Shown here: in pieces, positions 10,517 to 20,283 of the stretch
Layout of the letters: each line of letters opens with the position of its first letter
Position numbering within the stretch: the stretch's first letter is position 1
DNA from: Vicinamibacterales bacterium
GTDB taxonomy: Bacteria; Acidobacteriota; Vicinamibacteria; Vicinamibacterales; UBA8438
Length of the DNA stretch: 64,000 nt
Direction: 5' to 3'
Assembly: GCA_965221305.1 (NCBI GenBank)
Contig: OZ244881.1
Coordinates: forward strand, 749,159-813,158
The notes under the pieces: generated by a model
What the model saw: only the letters and a program-made list of their open reading frames with translations
Told to the model about the DNA's origin: nothing
The model's database searches: none
Made by a program: the position numbers and the translations under genes

Positions 10517-10758
10517 CGCTGCCCTCACCCCGTCAGACGTGCGGGCGCCGGGCGGGAGACGCCGCTCGAAGTCGAGCCGCACGGCGACGCCACGCTCGCG
10601 CGGTCCGACGTACGGTCGTCGGGCGAGCCGCGGCCGATCGAGCCGAGCAGAGCCTTGTCGCGGTTCCGGACGACCCGATGACGCCGGGGCGGCGGGCGAG
10701 CCGGCGCCGGCCGAGTCGAACCGCCCGCTGACGCCGCGCTCGCGCGGTTCGACGCGCA
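10499..10758. repeat. Degenerate ~71-bp-period repeat (AGTCGAGCCGCACGG...)
   Basis: Clear units at 10499, 10570 and 10714; weak unit near 10637. Confidence 0.6.
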
Positions 10759-10772
10759 GAGAAGCGCAGGAG

Positions 10773-11615
10773 TCAGCGCAGATCCAGGTCGAACAGCAGG
10801 TCGTCGCCGAGCGAGAACCGCCGGCACCGCGGGCGCAGGGCGTGGTCGAGGGACGGGACGGGCGGCAGGGTGAGGGCGTGGCGGCCCGATCCGATCAGCA
10901 GCGGCGCGACGGCGACGTGCAGGCGGGTCAGCACGCCGGCGCCGAGGAAGCGCGAGACCGTCACCCCGCCCCCCTCGACGAGAATCCGTGACAGGCCCCG
11001 GGCGCGCAAGCCGGCGACGATCGCGGACGGGGCGAGGCTGCCATCGGCGGACGCCGGGTCGGCGGGAAGCTCCAGGAGGTCCGGCTTCGACCAGCCGCCG
11101 GGGCGTCCCGGCGGGGCGCGGCGAACGATCACGGTGCGCGCCGCGCCGTCCCGGAACACGGCCCGGTCGCGGCCGAGGCGCCCGTCGGGGTCGAGGACGA
11201 CGCGGACGGGGTTCTCGCCCTCCACCTCCCGCACCGTCAGGCGGGGGTCGTCGGCCGCGACGGTGCCGGCCCCGACGACGACGGCGTCGACGAGGGCCCG
11301 AAGCCGGTGCAGGCGGCGGATGTCGGCGGGGCCGGTGATGTAGTGTGAATGCCCCTGCTCGGTCGCGATGCGGCCGTCCAGGCTCTGGCCGACTTGGCCG
11401 ACGACGGGATCGGGATCGAGCTGCAGGGGCAGGTACAGATCCAGGAGATCCCGCGCCGCGTCGCTCGGCGGAGGCGAGGTTCGCCAGGCGCCTCCGCGGC
11501 CTACGTGCAGCCGCGCCTCGCCGCTTGCATTATGATCGTCTGTAACGGTGCGTTTCGTCGCACTCCCGTCGTGAGGCGCCGTACGCAGCAGTCTCCAGGC
11601 GGTGTCTTCGGTCAT
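10773..11615 (-). CDS. RibD C-terminal (pyrimidine reductase) family protein
   Basis: GQSLDGRIAT, HRLRALVDAVVVGAGTV, DDPRLTVR and VEGGG; no deaminase domain. Confidence 0.9.
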   Translation of the reverse strand: MTEDTAWRLLRTAPHDGSATKRTVTDDHNASGEARLHVGRGGAWRTSPPPSDAARDLLDLYLPLQLDPDPVVGQVGQSLDGRIATEQGHSHYITGPADIRRLHRLRALVDAVVVGAGTVAADDPRLTVREVEGENPVRVVLDPDGRLGRDRAVFRDGAARTVIVRRAPPGRPGGWSKPDLLELPADPASADGSLAPSAIVAGLRARGLSRILVEGGGVTVSRFLGAGVLTRLHVAVAPLLIGSGRHALTLPPVPSLDHALRPRCRRFSLGDDLLFDLDLR

Positions 11616-11704
11616 GAGTGGCGGCACCGGTCCGGTCCTCCAACGTCACCCGAGGTCCGTCGCTGCCTCTGGCGTGGGCGACAAGACAAGAAGTGGTTCG
11701 AAGC

Positions 11705-12832
11705 ATGTACGACGCGGAACGCGGGTTGTTCGACCTTCGACAGGGACGGCCTCTCTACGTCAGCGGATCGCCCGACGCCGCCGGCGAGCCGGGCGTCCTG
11801 CTGGCGACGGTGGACACGCTGAGCCAGCGGACCCTCGAGACCCTGCGCCGGCTCGACACCGGGCCGCGCCTCGTGGTGACCCACCACCGGGCGCACGCGA
11901 TGGGCCTCGGCGACGGCGGCCCTTCCCGGGACGTGAGCCTCGGGCTGAACGGGGCGACGCAGCCGGAGCAGATCCTCCGTCTCTGCATGGCGGCCGGCCG
12001 GTTCGACGCGCCGGATCTCGATCCCCGGCCGGCCACCACGCCGGAGTCGAGCGGGCTGATGCTGGCCCGGCTGGCGGGGCTGCTGCCTGCCGTCGTCGGC
12101 GTGTCGGTGAGCGGCCGGGGAGGCGGCGGGCTCGATGCGGGGTTGGCCAGCGGCGAGATTCTCTCCGTGACCACGGCGCAGGTCGAGGCCCTCGCCGCCG
12201 ACGAGCGCGTCGAGGTCACCCACGTGAGCGACGGACCCGTGCCCCTGGAGCACGCCGAGGACGCCCGCTTCATGGTGTTCCGCGAGGGGAACAGCTTCCG
12301 CGAGCACGTCGCGGTCCTGATCGGCGAACCCGCGAAGTGGCCCGACCCGGTACCGGTACGCCTGCATTCCGCCTGCCTCACCGGCGATCTCTTCGGCAGC
12401 CTCCGCTGCGACTGCGGCGAGCAACTGCGCGGAAGCCTGCGTGTCTTCACGGCCGGCGGCGGCGGCGTGCTGCTCTACCTCGCCCAGGAGGGGCGCGGTA
12501 TCGGGCTCGGCAACAAGATGCGGGCCTATTCCCTGCAGCATACCGGCCTTGACACCGTGGACGCCGACGGCGTGCTGGGGTTCGGCGACGATGAGCGGGG
12601 CTACCGCGCCGCGGTCGAGATGCTCCGGCACATGGGCGTCGAGCGGGTCCTGCTGCTGACCAACAACCCGCACAAGGTCGCGGCACTGCGCGACGAGGGC
12701 ATCGACGTGGTCGAGCGCAAGCCGCTGTTCGGCACTCTGAACCGACACAATCTCCCCTACGTCAAGGCCAAGGTCGACCGGGCCGGCCATTGGCTTACCG
12801 ACATGCTCGCCGGCGCGCGGGGGCAGGAGTAG
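11705..12832 (+). CDS. ribA: GTP cyclohydrolase II with a degenerate N-terminal domain
   Basis: VRLHSACLTGDLFGSLRCDCGEQL, QEGRGIGLGNK and LLTNNPHK. Confidence 0.93.
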   Translation: MYDAERGLFDLRQGRPLYVSGSPDAAGEPGVLLATVDTLSQRTLETLRRLDTGPRLVVTHHRAHAMGLGDGGPSRDVSLGLNGATQPEQILRLCMAAGRFDAPDLDPRPATTPESSGLMLARLAGLLPAVVGVSVSGRGGGGLDAGLASGEILSVTTAQVEALAADERVEVTHVSDGPVPLEHAEDARFMVFREGNSFREHVAVLIGEPAKWPDPVPVRLHSACLTGDLFGSLRCDCGEQLRGSLRVFTAGGGGVLLYLAQEGRGIGLGNKMRAYSLQHTGLDTVDADGVLGFGDDERGYRAAVEMLRHMGVERVLLLTNNPHKVAALRDEGIDVVERKPLFGTLNRHNLPYVKAKVDRAGHWLTDMLAGARGQE

Positions 12833-12964
12833 CCGGGCCGGGCTCCGACGTCGGCCCGTGCTGGTGGGCGCGGTCGGCGGCGAGGTGCGAGGAACGTCCG
12901 CGCCGGTTCCGATCCGCGCCGTCGCGGCTGCCCCCCCGCGGTCCTCCCGGTGCTCGCGGCGCGG

Positions 12965-13432
12965 CTACCCGTCCCCCGCGAACAAGTCCTGCATGACCAG
13001 ATAGCCGGCCATCCGCATGCCCAGTCCGGTGTAGGCGGCCTGGGCGACCGCGTTCTCGCGTTCCACGTAGAGCCTCAGCCCCACCACGCCGGGATCCGCA
13101 GCGGACCGGGCCTTCAGATGCTCGTACAACGCGCGGCAGATTCCCCGTCGCCGATGGTCGGGGTGCACGTACACGCTTTGGATCCACCAGATGTCCCCGT
13201 TGCGCCAGTCGCTCCACTCGTGCGTGTGCATCATCTGGCCGACGACCACGCCGTCCGCGCAAGCGACGTGATAGGCGCCGCGCGCCGGGTCCGACAGCAG
13301 CCCCCGTACCCCGTGGCGCAGGATCCCGCGATCCAGGAGCACGCCTTCGCTCTCGTCGGCGAGGCGGGCGTTGAAGTCGACGATCGTGTTCAGGTCGTCG
13401 AGAGTCGCCTTCCGGATCGACAGCTCATTCAT
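12965..13432 (-). CDS. GNAT family N-acetyltransferase
   Basis: EWSDWRNG, SVYVHPDHRRRGI and RLYVERENAVAQAAY. Confidence 0.92.
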   Translation of the reverse strand: MNELSIRKATLDDLNTIVDFNARLADESEGVLLDRGILRHGVRGLLSDPARGAYHVACADGVVVGQMMHTHEWSDWRNGDIWWIQSVYVHPDHRRRGICRALYEHLKARSAADPGVVGLRLYVERENAVAQAAYTGLGMRMAGYLVMQDLFAGDG

Positions 13433-13454
13433 CTTTCGTTCCGGTTCATCGGAG

Positions 13455-13581
13455 TGGGATGTCGCGGTTGGTCACGCCAGCCGGTCCAGCGGAAACCGGC
13501 GGGCGTCCTGCATCGCTTGGGATGTCGCCGTTGGTCACGCCAGCCGGTCCAACGGAAACCGGCGGGCGTCCTGCATCGCTT
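13455..13581. repeat. 63-bp tandem duplication of the creatininase 3' end
   Basis: 13455-13518 and 13518-13581 differ at 2 positions; includes the stop codon. Confidence 0.9.
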
Positions 13582-14335
13582 CCGCGAGCAACTGTCCGTA
13601 GTGCCCGACCAGCCGCGCCCCGAGTTCGGCCGTTCCCAGCGTCGCGTCGCCGGTGACTCCCTGCGGATTGAGGTCGTCGGCGAGCCAGGCGAACGACGCG
13701 CTTCCCTCGGCCGAGACCCGCTGCAGCATACCCCCCAGCTCCTCGTCCAGCGACGGGAACCGCCGCACGGCGTCGAGGTGAACCAGGTCGGGCCGGAGAT
13801 GCCGCATCATCGCCGTCTCGACGGCGCCGCCGTGCAGCCCGTAGCGCCATTCCTCGTCCGGTAGCCCGGCGTCGCGCGGGTGCGGGCCGTGGAACCAGCT
13901 CGTCTTGACCACCAGCAGGCCGTGCTCTTCCCGCAGGCGGGTCGCCGCGATGTCGATCGCCGACCGATTGCCGCCATGGCTGTTCGAGATGACCAGGCGC
14001 CGAACGCCGGCTGACCCGACGGCGCTACCGGTCTGGACCAGGGACTCGACGAGCAGCTCGGGCGCGAGGCTGAGCGTGCCGGCCAACCGGCGGTGCTCGC
14101 CGCTCGTGCCGACCGCCTGCGGCGGCAGCATCCGAACCGGGAGGTCCCGAGGAAGCCGTCGGAACGCCTCGGCCAGCAGGCCGAGGCCGATCACGAGGTC
14201 GGTCGAGAGCGGCAGATGAGGTCCGTGCTGCTCGATCGCGGCCACCGGCAGTACGATTACCGGGTCGCGCGAGACGAGGGCCGCCGCCTCGACGGTGGTG
14301 AGGTCCTGCCAGCGGCGAATGGGATCGTCTGACAT
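13535..14335 (-). CDS. Creatininase / formamide hydrolase family protein
   Basis: AIEQHGPHLPLSTD, NSHGGN and HGGAVET. Confidence 0.93.
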   Translation of the reverse strand: MSDDPIRRWQDLTTVEAAALVSRDPVIVLPVAAIEQHGPHLPLSTDLVIGLGLLAEAFRRLPRDLPVRMLPPQAVGTSGEHRRLAGTLSLAPELLVESLVQTGSAVGSAGVRRLVISNSHGGNRSAIDIAATRLREEHGLLVVKTSWFHGPHPRDAGLPDEEWRYGLHGGAVETAMMRHLRPDLVHLDAVRRFPSLDEELGGMLQRVSAEGSASFAWLADDLNPQGVTGDATLGTAELGARLVGHYGQLLAEAMQDARRFPLDRLA

Positions 14336-15282
14336 CAGGCCGGAGGATTGTCACCGCGGCGGCTTCCGGAAACCGACGGTGTTCCGACCGCCGCGACCGG
14401 AGTCGGTGAATCGGCAGTCCGCCGGAACAGCGCGAGATCGTATCCTATCCATCCCTTCGCGAGGCAGGTCTGCAGGGCGGTCCCGCCCACCAGATGGCCG
14501 AACCGCGTCCGGTCCAGGGGCAGCCATCCGAAGGCGGCGATGAACAGGGCGGCCACGCGGTCGCGGGGGCGTCCCAGCCGCAGGTGCGGCGTGAGGTCGT
14601 CGGTGGAGAGGTGCTCGAACCCGGCCCGGGCCGCAAGCGCGCGCAGCTCGTGCGGATGCAGCAGGGTGTTGAGGCGCCACCCCCGCCGGAACCGGGCGAC
14701 CGTCCGCCGGGCGGCGGGGCCGTCGCCCGGCCGCAGGAAGTCGTCGCAGATCGCCAGCAGCCCCGCCGGGCGGACGATGCGGGCGCACGCGGCGAAGAAG
14801 CGGGCGGGGTCGGGGCCGTGCGCCAGCGACTCGATCGCGTAGGCGAGGTCGGCCGGCGGAAGGTCCGGCGGCGGCTCGCAGTAGTCGGCTTCGAGGCACC
14901 GCACGCGGTCGGACAGCCCCGCCTCGCGGATGCGCCGTTCCGCGTGGCGTACCTGGACCGGGCTCAGGGTGAGCCCGGTGCCGCGGACGGGCAGGCGGGC
15001 GGCGAGGTGGCAGAGGCTGCCGCCGACGCCGCAGCCGAGATCGACGACGTGGGCCGGCGGTTGCCCGATCGGTTGATCGCGCAGGCGGTCGACGAGTCGA
15101 TCCTCGACGTAGTGGAACGCGGCGTCGTGGTCGGCGACTCCCGGGCCCCACACCGCGCGGTGCAGCGCCCCGGCCGCGCCGCCCTCGCCGTGGGCGACGA
15201 AGTTGCCGGTGTGCCGGTCGTAGTAGCGCCGCACGTCCGCCGCGTCGAACGCCGGCGTGTCCGTCTCTCGCGGTCGGCGCAT
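14335..15282 (-). CDS. SAM-dependent methyltransferase (sterol/tocopherol MT-like)
   Basis: VRRYYD, VVDLGCGVGG, TLSPVQ and AIESLAH. Confidence 0.88.
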   Translation of the reverse strand: MRRPRETDTPAFDAADVRRYYDRHTGNFVAHGEGGAAGALHRAVWGPGVADHDAAFHYVEDRLVDRLRDQPIGQPPAHVVDLGCGVGGSLCHLAARLPVRGTGLTLSPVQVRHAERRIREAGLSDRVRCLEADYCEPPPDLPPADLAYAIESLAHGPDPARFFAACARIVRPAGLLAICDDFLRPGDGPAARRTVARFRRGWRLNTLLHPHELRALAARAGFEHLSTDDLTPHLRLGRPRDRVAALFIAAFGWLPLDRTRFGHLVGGTALQTCLAKGWIGYDLALFRRTADSPTPVAAVGTPSVSGSRRGDNPPA

Positions 15283-15285
15283 CGC

Positions 15286-15537
15286 TCAGAGCCCCGGATC
15301 GGCGTCCAGCCGACGGCCCGCCACCGCCCGGACTCCATCCGCCAGTCGGTAGGAGTCGCGGCCGGCGCGGACGACGATGAACGCCGACGAGTTCCGGAGC
15401 TGCCCGCGCCGGTGGGCCGGCAACGTCCGGAATCGGCGCAGGGTCGGCCCCGCCACGCGCACGCCGAGCGCCGGCAGGTCGCGATCGAGAAGCGTCCGCA
15501 CGAAGCTCTCAAGCCATGAAGTGTCGACGGTATGCAT
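15286..15537 (-). CDS. Possible small hypothetical protein or remnant
   Basis: 83-aa ORF filling the gap between co-oriented genes; no motif. Confidence 0.3.
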   Translation of the reverse strand: MHTVDTSWLESFVRTLLDRDLPALGVRVAGPTLRRFRTLPAHRRGQLRNSSAFIVVRAGRDSYRLADGVRAVAGRRLDADPGL

Positions 15538-15620
15538 CGAGATTTTTCATGGTAACTGAATCGCCGGGCGTGGGCTGCGGGTGGGCCGCTGGCCGTCTCA
15601 TCGGTCGGCGACCGGCTCGC

Positions 15621-16376
15621 TCACGTCGTCTCGAGCCGTGCGTAGACATCCCCCGACCGGCGGCGGGCGGGGCCGGTGCGCAGGCCGTCGAGGAGGGCAT
15701 CGCCGTTCACCCATCCGCGGCCGGCGAGCTCGTAGGACTCGCCGACCGACCAGTTGAAGCGGTAGCTTCCCAGGGCCTGCAACCGGTGGACGCACATCCG
15801 CGCGTAGTCGAGCGTGCCCGGCAGGTACTCGAACGACACCGCGGGGATGGGGCGGGTGAGGCCGGCCAGCACCACCGGCTCCGCGCCTTCCACATCGATC
15901 TTCACGAACGCGGGCAGGCCGAAGCGATCGATGAGCGCGTCGAGGGTGACCATCTCCACGTCGATGTCACGGTTCCACCGCACGTCGCTGAATACCGGGT
16001 CATGCTCGCGGGCCGCGCGCCACGCGGCGGCCAGCGTGGTCATGGTCGGGTTCCGATCGCTGATCGACAGGGTCGCGACGCCCGCGCGGTCGCCAGCCGC
16101 GGCTTCGAGAATCGACACCCGCGGGTGGCGGCCGAACAGGAGGCGGAGCAGCCTCGCGAAGTCCGGCTGCGGCTCGAGGGCGACGACCCGGCAGCCGAGG
16201 GCCGCGAGGGCGCGGGTGCGGTTGCCTGCGTGGGCTCCGATGTCGAAGACGAGGTCGCCGGGGCCGGCGAGGGTCGCATAGAGGCGCCGCAGCCGGTGCT
16301 GGCGCCGCGGGATCGCGTGATAGACGGCGAGGGACCGGAACAGACCGTAGAGCCGGCCGGGATGCGTCCGCGCCAT
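15621..16376 (-). CDS. FkbM family methyltransferase
   Basis: VFDIGAHAG, LEPQP, TLDALI and FVKIDVEGAE. Confidence 0.92.
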   Translation of the reverse strand: MARTHPGRLYGLFRSLAVYHAIPRRQHRLRRLYATLAGPGDLVFDIGAHAGNRTRALAALGCRVVALEPQPDFARLLRLLFGRHPRVSILEAAAGDRAGVATLSISDRNPTMTTLAAAWRAAREHDPVFSDVRWNRDIDVEMVTLDALIDRFGLPAFVKIDVEGAEPVVLAGLTRPIPAVSFEYLPGTLDYARMCVHRLQALGSYRFNWSVGESYELAGRGWVNGDALLDGLRTGPARRRSGDVYARLETT

Positions 16377-16423
16377 GAGGGTGAATTCTGCGGTGGGCCG
16401 GACCCGGTTACAATGCCTGCGAG

Positions 16424-16855
16424 ATGCGAGACGCAAGCGCGAACGGACTCCGGCTGCTCTCGGTCGTCCTGGGGATCTTCCTGATCTCCATGGGATACGG
16501 CAAGCTCGACTGGGCGGGCGACAGCAGCTTGCTCGAGAGCGAACTCCGCAACTGGTGGGGACCGGCGCCGGCGATCAGCAAGCTCTACATCGACTGGTTC
16601 GCGATGCCGCTGCGCGCCGTGCTGGCCCGGCTCGTACTGCTGGGCGAACTGACCACCGGCCTCGCCCTGCTCGTCGGATACCGTCCCCGGCTTGCGGCGG
16701 GGGCGGCGTTGTTCATGATCCTCAATTTCCACTTCGCCATGGGTCTCCTGTTCTCGTCCGCGTACCTGACCAACGGTTACGCTCTGCCGGTCGTGGGCGC
16801 GCTGGCGGCGCTCGCCGTCGGCGCGCGGCGGCTGCCGTACGCCGTGACCCCCTAG
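16424..16855 (+). CDS. DoxX family membrane protein
   Basis: GLRLLSVVLGIFLISMGYGK and GELTTGLALLVG; 4 TM helices. Confidence 0.8.
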   Translation: MRDASANGLRLLSVVLGIFLISMGYGKLDWAGDSSLLESELRNWWGPAPAISKLYIDWFAMPLRAVLARLVLLGELTTGLALLVGYRPRLAAGAALFMILNFHFAMGLLFSSAYLTNGYALPVVGALAALAVGARRLPYAVTP

Positions 16856-16917
16856 CAGCAGGAGCGCGAGGTGAGACCGTGCGGGCCTCGCCCGAGGGCT
16901 CCCGGCCCGCGACACCG

Positions 16918-18582
16918 ATGACGACCGACGCAGGGGTACCGGGCGGAACGGGGTTCGCCGCCGTCCGGCGCGCCGCGGCCCCGTGCGCGGCCCTCCTGCT
17001 GGTGAACGTCTCGCTCACCTTCGCCAACGTCTGGCCGACGCTGGGGGTGCGCCTCAGCCGCGATCTGTCGGTGGAGGCGGCGGCGGGCGTCCTCCTACTG
17101 GTGGCGATGCGGACGTGGGGGCGGCGTCCGCCCCGTGCCGCCGTTCGTTGGCTGGCCGTCGCCTGGCTGCTGCTGGCGGCGGGACGGTACGTCGAGGTCA
17201 CCGTCGCCGCCCTCTACGGCCGCGAGGTCAATCTGTACTGGGACATGCAGCACGTGCCGAAGGTCGGCGCGATGTTCGCGGTCGTAGCCGATCCCTGGCT
17301 CAAGGCGGGGTTTCTGGCGGGACTGGTCCTGGTCCCGTTGGTGCTGTTCCTCGTGGCGCGCTGGGCGTGGAGGAGCATCGCGGTCGCCGCCGGCGAGCCG
17401 GCGCCGCGCCGCGCGCTCGCCGGCGTGGCCGGGGCGGTGGTGCTGCTGGGGCTGGCGCAGTGGGGAGGGGTCGAGGCGCCGGCGGGCGTCCGGGTGGCCG
17501 AGCCGGTGACGCCCGCCTTCGCGCGTGAGCTGGGCGAGCTGGCCTACGAGGCGAGCGGGGCCGGGGTGCGCGACCTCGGACCCCCGCCGGTCATGCGCTC
17601 GGACCTGTCGCGCGTCGCCGGCGCCGACGTGTTCGTCATCTTCCTGGAATCCTACGGAGCCGTGAGCTGGGACCGCGCCGACTTCGTCGAGGCCCTGGCC
17701 CCGGTGCGGCGGCGGCTCGAGACGACGGTCGATGAGACCGGACGCCGCATGGCCTCGGCGTTCGTCGAGTCCACCACGTTCGGCGGCGAGTCGTGGCTCG
17801 CCCACATCAGTCTGCTCTCGGGCACCGAGGTGCGGGACCCGGCCACCAACGTGCGCCTCATGGCGCAGGAGCGGGACACCCTGGTGAAGCTGTTCTCGCG
17901 CCGCGGCTACCGCACCGTGGCGATCATGCCGGGGCTTCTCGTGGGTTGGCCCGAGGGCGCGTTCTACGGCTTCGAGGCCATCTACGACCATGCGCGGCTC
18001 GACTACCGGGGGCCGCCGTTCGGTTGGTGGGGGGTCAACGACCAGTACTCGCTCGCACGCGTCGACGCGGCCGAGATCGCCCCCGCGGCGCGCCGGCCTG
18101 CCTTCGTGTTCTTCGCCACCATCAGCACCCACGCGCCCTTCGCGCCGGCTCCTCCGTACCAGCCCGACTGGGCGCGGGTGCTCGGCGACGACCCCTATGA
18201 CCGGGCCGACCTCGATCGCGCGTGGTCCGCGTGGGCCGACTGGACGGACCTCGGACCAAGCTACGTCGAGGCCCTGCGGTACGCGTTCGCCAACGTCGAC
18301 GGCTATCTGCGGCTGCGGGCGGATCGGGACCTCGTGCTGGTGCTGGTGGGCGACCATCAGCCCCCGGCTCTGGTGAGCGGCGCCGGGGCGTCGTGGGAGG
18401 TGCCGGTGCACGTCGTGGCGAGCCGCGGGGAGTCGATAGACCGGCTCGTCGACGCTCACCGGTTCGCGCCGGGGCTGGCGCCGCACGGCCCCGCCGTCGC
18501 GCGCATGGACGGGCTGCTGCCGATCCTGCTGGACGCGTTCGGCGACGACCCTGGGCCCGGCGGGCACGAGGAGTCGCCGTAG
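16918..18582 (+). CDS. Membrane-anchored sulfatase/LTA-synthase-like (alkaline phosphatase superfamily) protein
   Basis: N-terminal TMs; FLESYG, TTFGGESWLAH, STHAPF and VGDHQP. Confidence 0.85.
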   Translation: MTTDAGVPGGTGFAAVRRAAAPCAALLLVNVSLTFANVWPTLGVRLSRDLSVEAAAGVLLLVAMRTWGRRPPRAAVRWLAVAWLLLAAGRYVEVTVAALYGREVNLYWDMQHVPKVGAMFAVVADPWLKAGFLAGLVLVPLVLFLVARWAWRSIAVAAGEPAPRRALAGVAGAVVLLGLAQWGGVEAPAGVRVAEPVTPAFARELGELAYEASGAGVRDLGPPPVMRSDLSRVAGADVFVIFLESYGAVSWDRADFVEALAPVRRRLETTVDETGRRMASAFVESTTFGGESWLAHISLLSGTEVRDPATNVRLMAQERDTLVKLFSRRGYRTVAIMPGLLVGWPEGAFYGFEAIYDHARLDYRGPPFGWWGVNDQYSLARVDAAEIAPAARRPAFVFFATISTHAPFAPAPPYQPDWARVLGDDPYDRADLDRAWSAWADWTDLGPSYVEALRYAFANVDGYLRLRADRDLVLVLVGDHQPPALVSGAGASWEVPVHVVASRGESIDRLVDAHRFAPGLAPHGPAVARMDGLLPILLDAFGDDPGPGGHEESP

Positions 18583-18595
18583 AACGGCGCGCGCG

Positions 18596-19082
18596 CGCGA
18601 GCAGGAGATCGCGGTCGCCGAGCAGACGGCCCTGGCGGTGCAGGGCAAGAAGCGGGCCGGGATGGACCAGCGCGTCAGGGTCGCCTCGCTCGAGGCGTCG
18701 GCGGTCGAGGGCGAGAACGAGTCGAAGGCGAACATCGCCGACTACGAGGCCAACCGCGCCGATTCGCCGGCTACGAGAACCTGTTGCGGGTGTGCGCCGA
18801 GCGGCCCGAGCTGGCCCCGTCGCTGCTGATCGTCGAGAAGCTTCCCGAGCTGGTTGCAGAGCAGGTCAAGGCGATCCAGAATCTCAAGATCGACAGGTCA
18901 CGGTATGGGACTCGGGCGCCAACGGCCGGGACGGCAGCGGGGCGACGGCGGGCTTCCTGCGGGGGCTCATCGGGTCGCTGCCGCTCCTCCACGACCTGGC
19001 CGAGCAGGCCGGCATCGATCTGCCGTCGGCCCTCGGCCGGGTGCAGAAGCCGCAGGCGCGGGATCGGCGGCATTCGTCGTGA
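18596..19082 (+). pseudogene. Flotillin (SPFH) family C-terminal remnant
   Basis: Fragments in three frames: AVEGENESKANIA; LLIVEKLPELVAEQVKAIQNLKID; VTVWDSG...LPLLHDLAEQAGIDLP. No N-terminus or start. Confidence 0.75.
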
Positions 19083-20065
19083 ACGCGGGGCGGGGCGAGG
19101 CCGGCGCGTGCGGCCGGCGCCCCCGTCACGGCGTCCGCACGGCCCTGCGGAGCCGTCGCGGCCCCCGCGCTCTGCGCGCCGGTTGCGCCGCCATCGCCGG
19201 GCTGGTCGCCGCGGCGGTGTCGGGATGGCTGGCGCCGCCGGCCGCCGCCCAGATCAGCCTCGACGTGATGACGTTCAACATCCGGACGTCGAACGTCGAC
19301 GACGGCCCCGACGCGTGGCCGCACCGCCGGCACGTGGTGGCCGAGACGATTACGCGGGCCGCCCCGCACATCCTCGGCCTCCAGGAGGCGCTCGACGAGC
19401 AGATCGAGTATCTGGACGCGATGCTGCCGGACTATCGGTGGATCGGCGTCGACCGCGGCCTCAACGGCGGCGTCGGACTCAGCGAGTACACGCCGATCTT
19501 CTACCGTCACCGCGAGCTGAGCCCCATCGCGTCGGGCAACTTCTGGCTCACCGACACCCCGGACGTCCCGCCGCCGCCGAGAAGCCCGGGGCCGCGGCGA
19601 CGGTTCCGCCGGCCGCGGGGGCGCATCGTCACGTGGGCCCGGTTCCACCACCAGGCGAGCGGCCGCGAGATTCACGCGTTCAACACCCATCTGACGCTGA
19701 GGCAGGGGCCCCGCCAGTACGACTCGGCCCGCTTGATCGCCGATCGTGTCGCCGCGCTGCCGGCCGGCAGCGCCGTCGTCGTGACCGGTGACTTCAACGC
19801 GAGCGCGGGCGATACCGAGACGTGGCGAATCGCCACCGCCCGGGGCCTGCGGGACGCGTGGCTCGCGGCGGACGAACGGATCGGCCCGCCGTTCACGAGC
19901 AACGGCTTCGGACCGCCGCCTCCCCACCACGAGGTGTGGCGCATCGACTGGATCCTAGTCGGGGGGCCGCTCGTCGTGCGGAGCGCGCGGACCGTCCTGT
20001 ACAACGAGGACGGACGATACCCCTCCGATCACTATCCGGTGGCCGCTCGTCTCGACTGGCCCTGA
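19079..20065 (+). CDS. Endonuclease/exonuclease/phosphatase family protein, secreted
   Basis: VMTFNIR, GLQEA, NTHL, TGDFN, IDWI and PSDHYPV; start uncertain. Confidence 0.92.
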   Translation: MNAGRGEAGACGRRPRHGVRTALRSRRGPRALRAGCAAIAGLVAAAVSGWLAPPAAAQISLDVMTFNIRTSNVDDGPDAWPHRRHVVAETITRAAPHILGLQEALDEQIEYLDAMLPDYRWIGVDRGLNGGVGLSEYTPIFYRHRELSPIASGNFWLTDTPDVPPPPRSPGPRRRFRRPRGRIVTWARFHHQASGREIHAFNTHLTLRQGPRQYDSARLIADRVAALPAGSAVVVTGDFNASAGDTETWRIATARGLRDAWLAADERIGPPFTSNGFGPPPPHHEVWRIDWILVGGPLVVRSARTVLYNEDGRYPSDHYPVAARLDWP

Positions 20066-20283
20066 CTTCCCGATACGCGACTTGACCTGCAAGTTGGGCC
20101 TGACTCTACTGGATTCTGGGAGTTGAGCCGAAACGGGCTCTGAGACTTCGGGTTGGGCTTGGTCCGTACGCCAGTCATCATCGGTCGCAACCCAGGGTCT
20201 GCCCGAGGAGCTGCGGATCGCGACTCCCGACGGGGAGACTGCCGCTCTGGGCGCCGACACGATCCGGTAGTTCGACTGGCTGC

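Noticed and set aside
10773-12832. Ordinary riboflavin operon
   Set aside because: No riboflavin or lumazine synthase, no deaminase domain, no FMN riboswitch seen; context indicates a different pathway
19079-20065. EEP protein as effector nuclease for the mini-array
   Set aside because: It has a signal-peptide-like segment, belongs to a common phosphatase-like family, and lies 2.5 kb away on the opposite strand
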